The notes under the pieces: generated by a model
The model's input: only the letters and a program-made list of their open reading frames with translations
Databases searched by the model: none
Told to the model about the DNA's origin: nothing
From: Octopus bimaculoides
Lineage: Eukaryota
Length of the DNA stretch: 41,599 nt
Assembly: GCF_001194135.2 (NCBI RefSeq)
Contig: NC_068996.1
Coordinates: 48,796,209-48,837,807 of the forward strand
Direction: 5' to 3'
Position numbers and translations under genes: made by a program
Shown: positions 35,091-41,599 of the stretch, in pieces
Layout: the number at the start of each line of letters is the position of its first letter
How positions within the stretch are numbered: position 1 is the first letter of the stretch

Positions 35091-35374
35091 TCTTAATAAG
35101 GAAATATTGCTATTCATTCTCATTTCATCCAGTTTTTTTTAGTTTTTTAAATTTTATTTTCTGTGTACAGATGGATAATTAATAACTTTGTAAAACCTAA
35201 GTTTAGCTTATATCTCTGTGTGTATGCTGTGTCCAGATTGGAGACAGTAGAGTAAAAAAAAAAGTGACATGATGTGAATGCTATAAGAAAACATCCAAAC
35301 AAAATCTCATTTATCTACAAACAACAACAGAAATAACCTATCAGAAATGACAAGGAAATGAGCCCTCTTTTACT

Positions 35375-35566
35375 CTTTTACTTGTTTCAGTCATTTGACT
35401 GAGGTCATGCTGGAGCACCGCCTTTAGTCGAGCAAATCGACCCCAGGACTTATTCTTTGGAAGCCTAGTACTTATTCTATCGATCTCTTTTGCCGAACTG
35501 CTAAGTTACAGGGATGTAAACACACCAGCATTGGTTGTCAAGCAATGGTAGGGGGACAAACACACG

Positions 35567-35604
<38 letters not shown>

Positions 35605-35620
35605 CATATATACGACGGGC
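35375..35620 (-). mobile_element. SINE A tail and centre
   Basis: CGCCTTTAGTCGAGCAAATCGACCCCAGGACTTATTC. Confidence 0.82.
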
Positions 35621-36519
35621 TATCCAATATGTTCTTCCCTGTTTACAAGACTGCAAACAATGTGGGTTTTTTTCTCCAGGCTGCTTTGGCTGCTATTTTC
35701 TAGCAGGTTAGGTTCCCNNNNNNNNNNNNNNNNNNNNNNNNNNNNNNNNNNNNNNNNNNNNNNNNNNNNNNNNNNNNNNNNNNNNNNNNNNNNNNNNNNN
35801 NNNNNNNNNNNNNNNNNNNNNNNNNNNNNNNNNNNNNNNNNNNNNNNNNNNNNNNNNNNNNNNNNNNNNNNNNNNNNNNNNNNNNNNNNNNNNNNNNNNN
35901 NNNNNNNNNNNNNNNNNNNNNNNNNNNNNNNNNNNNNNNNNNNNNNNNNNNNNNNNNNNNNNNNNNNNNNNNNNNNNNNNNNNNNNNNNNNNNNNNNNNN
36001 NNNNNNNNNNNNNNNNNNNNNNNNNNNNNNNNNNNNNNNNNNNNNNNNNNNNNNNNNNNNNNNNNNNNNNNNNNNNNNNNNNNNNNNNNNNNNNNNNNNN
36101 NNNNNNNNNNNNNNNNNNNNNNNNNNNNNNNNNNNNNNNNNNNNNNNNNNNNNNNNNNNNNNNNNNAAACCACTTATTTATTTATTTATTTTTTTTGTCT
36201 TCAATGTCTTTTATAATGATTTTATTTTCATTTTTTTTTTTTACCCATGTTCTAAATGTTTTGACCATGAACAGGCTCGGGGCATATTTTGAATAGGTAC
36301 GGTTCTATGAGCAAGAAGTTTACTTCACAAGCACAAGGTTTCAGATTCTATTCCATTGCATGGCACCCCTGAACAAGTGTCTTCTACTAGGGCTGACCAG
36401 TGCTTTCTAAGTGAAATTTGGTAAACAGAAACTGTACAATCACGTGTGTGTGTGTGTGTTTTTGTGTGTGTGTGTGTGTCTGTGTGTGTGTGTGTGTGTC
36501 TGTGTGTGTGTGTGTGTGT

Positions 36520-36900
36520 GCATCATTATCATCACAATCATCATCAGCAGCAGCAATAATCATTTAATGTCCATTTTCCATGCCAGCATAGATTGGATGA
36601 TTTGATAGGATCCGACGAGTCCCACGACTGTGTTGAGCCAATGTTAGCTTTCGCATGGTTTCTACAGCTGGATCATCATCATCATCATCATCATCATCGT
36701 TTAACATCTGCTTCCCATGCTGGCATGTGTTGGATGGCTTGACACGGAGCTGGTCAGCTGGGAGCTGCCCAAACTCCAATTGTCTGTTGTGACATGGTTC
36801 CTATGCTTGGATGTCCTTCCTGGCACCAACCACTTTACAGAATGTACTGGGCACAGCTTTTTCATGGCACCAGCAGTAATGAGGTTGCCATGTAACTTGC
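36520..36900 (-). mobile_element. Two nested family B RTE 3' ends
   Basis: Two (CAT)n plus TTTAA...CCATGC motifs at about 36560 and 36700. Confidence 0.7.
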
Positions 36901-37429
36901 AAAATGAGAGAAGAGAAGGAAAAAGCTCCCTTGACCAAGTGATTGAGTGTATTGGAGGGGTGATGGATGTGGCCTTATGTGTGTGTATTTGTCTTTATTT
37001 ATTTCCATATTGACACTGCTTAGGCAGCAGTAATATTTGTTTATGCCCTGCACAAACAAATTGTCCAAACGTTCTGTGACTTGGCATGCAGATTTCAGTG
37101 GAATAAAGCACTTCACTTGAAAACAAGTAAGAATTAGAGTCGAGAATGCTTCCAGTTGAAGAATACTCACTCAAAATGTTTCATCCAACCCATGTCAACA
37201 TGAAAAGAAAGAAGTGGTGTCATTCCATTGGTGTCCACTTCTTATCAGTCTACTACCAGATGAAAGCCTCAGCATGCTGTTGCTAATGTGTCTTATGTCA
37301 CCTGTATCTATGCCACCTGTCCACACTGGCTGATTGCAAGATATTGGTCAGAATGTTCTTATAATAAGATGGCTAAGGATTAACCCTGGCTAATCAGCAC
37401 CAATGAATAAAGACATACTTCCATGTATT

Positions 37430-37850
37430 TAATCCATTTATTACAGCCTTTGTTATTTCAATTAATTTTGAAAACAATGAAAAATTTAGTAAAATTATTT
37501 TATTATTATTTACCTGGTGTTTAGAACTGAAATTTAGATAAAATTTTGATGGAATATTTTTAATTTAAATCACTTTAAAGCTGGAAGCACATATCATAGA
37601 ACTTGGGGCAATCTTAGACAGATTGGTATCAAAAGATTTAATTCATTTGTTCACAGAATATAAGAACTATGATTGCCCTGAAACTACTACTACTGCTGCT
37701 GCTGTTGTTGTTGTATATTCCTGGATTAGCTCTGATAAATCTTTTGCCTTAACCCTTTCGTTACTGTATTTATTTTAGATGCTCTGAGTTTTTTTCAATT
37801 ACATTAAATATAACAAAGAATTTAGTAAAATAACTTAGTTATCATTAAGT
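37430..37850. mobile_element. Degenerate fragments of a possible piggyBac-like MITE
   Basis: TTAA|CCCTTTCG start at about 37750 and a degenerate GGTATCAAAAGATTTAA end at about 37640. Both fragments share TTCAATTA...AATTTAGTAAAAT. Confidence 0.35.
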
Positions 37851-37884
37851 CTTTCATTCAAGACCTACCACAAGTATCACCCCC

Positions 37885-38382
37885 AGAATTGTGGTATTGT
37901 GCATCAAGAATTTATCCCCCAAGGCCAGATCGTCAATCAAGTGTTCTATTGAAGCGTCTGAAGGAGGACATTCAGCAAAACCGGCCAGATCTGTGGAGCG
38001 TGAAGAATTAGATTCTTCACAAAGACAATGCCATCCTGTCACCAAGCTCTCCTCACTTGTGAGTTCTCACCAAAAACAATAAGGTATCACTTCTACAGCT
38101 GCCCTATTCACCAGATTTAGTCCCTGTGGATTCGTATTTCTTCCTCAAGATCAAAATACAGCTCAAGGTCACTGTTTTAACACTGTTGTTGAGATCAAGA
38201 GCGAATCACAGAAGGTTCTTGACTTGTTTATGGAAATTGACTTCCAGGTCAGATTCCAAAAGTGGCAGGAATTCTGGGATCAGTGTATTGCTGCACAAGG
38301 GGAAGTTGATGTTAAAACTTAGGTAAATAAGTTATTCTTTTATTAAACATAACTAGTCCAGGAACTTGTTGATACCACCTCG
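37885..38382 (+). mobile_element. 3' half of a mariner (DD34D) transposon, pseudogenised
   Basis: GIVHQEFIPQGQIVN...LHKDNA...YSPDLVPVDSYFF...QKWQEFWDQCIAAQG with stops and frameshifts. 34 positions separate the second and third Asp. Ends ...GATACCACCTCG|TA. Confidence 0.9.
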
Positions 38383-38639
38383 TAGAAGCAGCTTGTATAG
38401 GGCTCAGAGGACTAGATACAACATGGGTAGTGAACCATGAAGTGAACCATGAAACTAGCAACCTCCAAGTAGTAGACATTCTTGTAATAACATAGAAAAA
38501 GCTGGCAGCACATCTATGGACCAGGAACTGGACTGTGTCAGTGAGCGACTATTTACCATTTTGTTTTATCTTCTGCTTGTTAGAGTCACTGAACTTTGGT
38601 TGTGCTGAGACACTATCTTGAAAGATTTCAGTTGAAGGA

Positions 38640-39680
38640 ATCAAACCCAGTTGTTATTTTTCTTTTTAAGCCTGATATTTATTCTATTGATGGCTAATGC
38701 TGAATCACTCATTGACAGTGACATAAACCAACATTGGTGGTCACAAGATGAGTATGGGATAAACAAAACACACACACAATTATGATGGGCTTCTTTTAGT
38801 TTCCATCTGTCAGATCCACTCACGAGGCATTGGTTGTCCCAGGACTATAATAAAAGACATTTGCAGTAGGACTGAACCCAGAACCAGTTGGCTGGCAAGT
38901 CGACTTCTTTATTTCATGAAGATTGGCCATGAAGGCCTTACATAGAAGAAAGGAAGCTGCGGGCTGGACAGTAACACAAATGAGATGAAACGATAAACAA
39001 AGTATGGTATTGATGAGAGGAGCAACGACACCCGCCGATCGATTGCCCCTCGGAAACACTTTTCTTTTTTTCTTCTTTCTTATTAACAAACAATTATAAT
39101 AACATAAATTGAGGTGCTGAGTCTCATTATCCATCATCCCTAATCAGATCCCTTGCTGCCTGCAGTCAATCCTGCAGCATCAGTTTGGGGACCCAGAACA
39201 GAAAATTATATTCCTCCTTAGAGAAGAAATCAATTATTTCATAAAACTCGCTCTCTTCCATTACCTCCGCAGCCACCTACAGAGGCCAATCGATGCAGGT
39301 CAGGACCACCAGTTCCCTGCAAAACCATTTAGAAAGCTTTCTACAGCCCCTCCCTTGAGATAGAAGACCACAAATTCTTCATTATTTTCACTGAGAGGGG
39401 CCATGGCTTCCTCTGTCAGTAGCACAATTCCCACTGATGAAGCCTCTCGCACTGATGGCACACATCCCACCGGCAGAGCATCGGTCTCTGTCAGCAGCAC
39501 AGCAACTGTCTCCCGTTTCCTTTTTTCCTTTTCCTTTTTGAGGTTGCAGGAGTCGGGACCTCCATCAGCACACCCAGTGGGTCCTCTTCCTCTCCCACAA
39601 CCTGTGTGTCCCCTGCTCACTTTTCTCTTTCTTTTCGTGGAGGCAAGTAGACTTATCACACAGCCACACCTGTGCCTGTT
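38640..39680 (-). mobile_element. Degenerate SINE A split by element G
   Basis: The A body ends at 38906 and the head resumes at 39642 (GGCAAGTAGACTTATCACACAGCC). Confidence 0.7.
38907..39641 (-). mobile_element. Unclassified 735-bp non-LTR-type insertion G
   Basis: TSD GGCAAGT(C/A)GACTT at 38894-38906 and 39642-39654. 3' end ...ATGAAATAAAG. The interior is GC-richer and coding-like but has no recognised domain. Confidence 0.65.
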
Positions 39681-39714
39681 TGTTTTACATATTTAATACT
39701 GATTTCAAATAGTG

Positions 39715-40215
39715 GCACAAGGCCAGCAATTTCAGAGGAGGAGCTTATTTGATTACATCAACATCCCCACTCCCAGTCCTCAACTGGTACTCATTTTATC
39801 GACCCCACCCCAAAAAAGGATGAAAGGCAATGTTGCCCTTAGCATAATTTGAACTTGGAACATAAAGGTGGACAATATTCCACTAAGCATTTTACTCAGC
39901 AAGGATAAGATTCTACCAGCTTTCCACCTTATATTGTATTATAGGCAGAGGGTGCACTGTGCTCTGTCTGTCTATAGTTGTGAACTTCACCGATTCCACT
40001 TTATATTGGGTGTATTGGGCACAAGGCCTACAATTTCAGGGGAGGGGGTAAGTCAATTATTTCGACCCCAGTGCTCAGCTGCTATTTATTTTATCGACCC
40101 CCAAAAGAATGAAAGGCAAAGTCAACCCCAGTGGGATTTGAACTCAGAACATAAAGACAGATGAAATGCCAGAAAGCATTTTGGCCGGTGTGCTAACAAT
40201 TCTGCCAGCTCACCA
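39715..40215 (-). mobile_element. Two SINE C2 copies
   Basis: Family motifs at about 39715-39930 and 40015-40215. Confidence 0.8.
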
Positions 40216-40239
40216 CTTTCTATATTCTATTATTCTTCT

Positions 40240-40870
40240 AGTCTTGTTGTGGTCATTTGACTGCAGCCATGCTGGAGCACTGCCTTTAGTCAAATGATTT
40301 GACTCAGGACATATTCTTTGTAAGCTTAGTACTTATTCTTTCAGTCTCTTTCACCGAACCGCTAAGTTATATGGACATAAACACACCAACACTGGTTGTC
40401 GAGTGATGGTGGGTGGGGGCACAAACATAGACACACAAACATATACAAAGGCTTCTTTCAGTTTCCATCTACCAAATCCACCCACAAGGTTTTGGTTGGC
40501 CCAAGGCTACAGAAGGAGACATTTGCTCAAGGTGCCACACATTGGCACTGAACCCAGAACCATGTGGTTGAGAAGCAAGCTTCTTATTTCTTTATTGCCC
40601 ACAAGTGGCTAAACATAGAGGGGACAAATAAGGACAGACAAAGGGATTAAGTCGATTACATCAACCCCAGTGCATAACTGGTACTAATTTAATCAACCCC
40701 AAAAGGATGAAAGACAAAGTCGACCTCGGCGGAATTTGAACTCAGAACGTAACGGTAGACGAAAAGCGCTAAGCATTTCTCCCGGCGTGCTAACGTTTCT
40801 GCCAGTTCGCCACCTTGAAGCAAGCTTCTTATCACATAACCAGCTTCTTACCACATAGCCACACTTGCAC
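40240..40870 (-). mobile_element. SINE A interrupted by a SINE C1 insertion
   Basis: The A sequence stops at 40587 and resumes at 40817. Confidence 0.85.
40588..40816 (-). mobile_element. Well-preserved full-length SINE C1
   Basis: Perfect 16-bp TSD GAAGCAAGCTTCTTAT at 40572-40587 and 40817-40832. A-box-like TGGCAGAAACGTT, B-box GAGTTCAAATTCC and tail GGGCAATAAAGAA. Confidence 0.92.
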
Positions 40871-41204
40871 CTGTGTCTATTTAATATCAAACAGGATGAG
40901 CCTTAGTAAACTTATCAAAAATTTGTTTCAAGTATTTGTCAGTGAAAGCAAAAAGTGGCTGAACCTAACCTTTGTCTTCTTCTTCATATGTATGGTTTCC
41001 AAAGGAAATATTAGCAAATCTTGTGAGAGATAGAATTTGCGGGAAAGCAGTACATTTACATTGTTTAGGAATGGTTTAGGTTTCTGTCTCTTTGGAATGT
41101 ATATCCCAAGTTTAGAAAACGTTGGAGAAGGCAATAAAATTGTTAAGGTGACTGTCCATGATGGATATAAGAGTGTAACTATAAAAAAGAACCTGCTTAT
41201 CTTT

Positions 41205-41279
41205 TATCATTTACTTGTTTCAGTCATTGGACTGTGGCCATGCTGGGGCACCACCTTGAAGGGTTTTAGTTGAACAAAT
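41205..41279 (-). mobile_element. SINE A tail cut by the solo LTR
   Basis: GTTTCAGTCATTGGACTGTGGCCATGCTGGGGCACC...GAACAAAT. Confidence 0.8.
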
Positions 41280-41594
41280 TGTGGTATGACGTCAGTGTCT
41301 GGGGAGGCTGACCGGAAGGGCGAGTCGACCGGAAGGGCGAGTCGACCGGAAGGGGAAAAAGGGCAGAGGGAGCCTCGATCGGGATTCGTGCCCTTTTCGA
41401 ACGGGGCTGCGGTCAGGACAAGACGTGTTAAGCGACGGTCTAGGCTTGGGAAGGTTTGGGAGAAGCAGCTGCTATTCCTGGTGTACTTTGGGTCGGGGCA
41501 AGCTTCAAGGATCGGATACCGCAAGACGGACTCGCAGTCGAGGAAAGGAAAACCGAGGTAAGGCGATTACATCTACTCGTACGCACACACCACA
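41280..41594. mobile_element. 315-bp solo LTR
   Basis: Termini TGTGGT...ACCACA (6-bp inverted repeat, TG...CA) and a 5-bp TSD CAAAT at 41275-41279 and 41595-41599. GC- and CpG-rich, unlike its surroundings. Confidence 0.85.
41287..41352. promoter_or_regulatory. CRE palindrome and three ETS-like cores within the LTR
   Basis: TGACGTCA at 41287-41294. ACCGGAAG at 41311, 41328 and 41345 in a 17-bp tandem repeat. Motif match only. Confidence 0.45.
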
Positions 41595-41599
41595 CAAAT

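Noticed and set aside
1143-36292. Long ORFs containing X runs (e.g. 1143-1778, 11073-12029, 27657-28748, 35660-36292)
   Set aside because: They are open only because they cross N gaps (1223-1764, 11181-11877, 27948-28710, 35718-36166 and others).
41037-41561. ORFs 41037-41273, 41207-41524 and 41286-41561
   Set aside because: Short, with no domain. The last two are open because the LTR is GC-rich and poor in stop codons.

Overview
Eukaryotic, AT-rich, repeat-saturated genomic DNA with several assembly gaps. The microsatellite load and SINE/LINE types suggest an octopod cephalopod (inference). The only supportable host gene is on the + strand: two internal exons (7232-7476, 18864-18989) of an SDR16C-type short-chain dehydrogenase (epidermal retinol dehydrogenase 2/RDH10-like) with an intact S...YxxxK catalytic set. 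Its other exons were not found and may lie in gaps or outside the window. The rest is intron made of nested mobile elements: RTE, CR1/L2-like and R4/Dong-like LINE remnants, at least four tRNA-derived SINE families, a mariner fragment, a 672-bp foldback MITE, a DINE-1/HINE-type element, Penelope-like termini, a solo LTR, a minisatellite and many microsatellites. The best leads are: (1) a minimal hammerhead-ribozyme fold at 13538-13574 (-); (2) a CATGGCC-stem-loop-(G)AAAC 3' end shared, with different stem sequences, by two LINEs and the commonest SINE; (3) two different retroelements inserted at the same spot of one SINE family; (4) a SINE trimer within a single 16-bp TSD; (5) a long hairpin just upstream of the second exon; (6) a CpG-rich solo LTR carrying a CRE and three ETS-like cores. 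Percent identities and copy counts are by-eye estimates, and many repeat boundaries are approximate.
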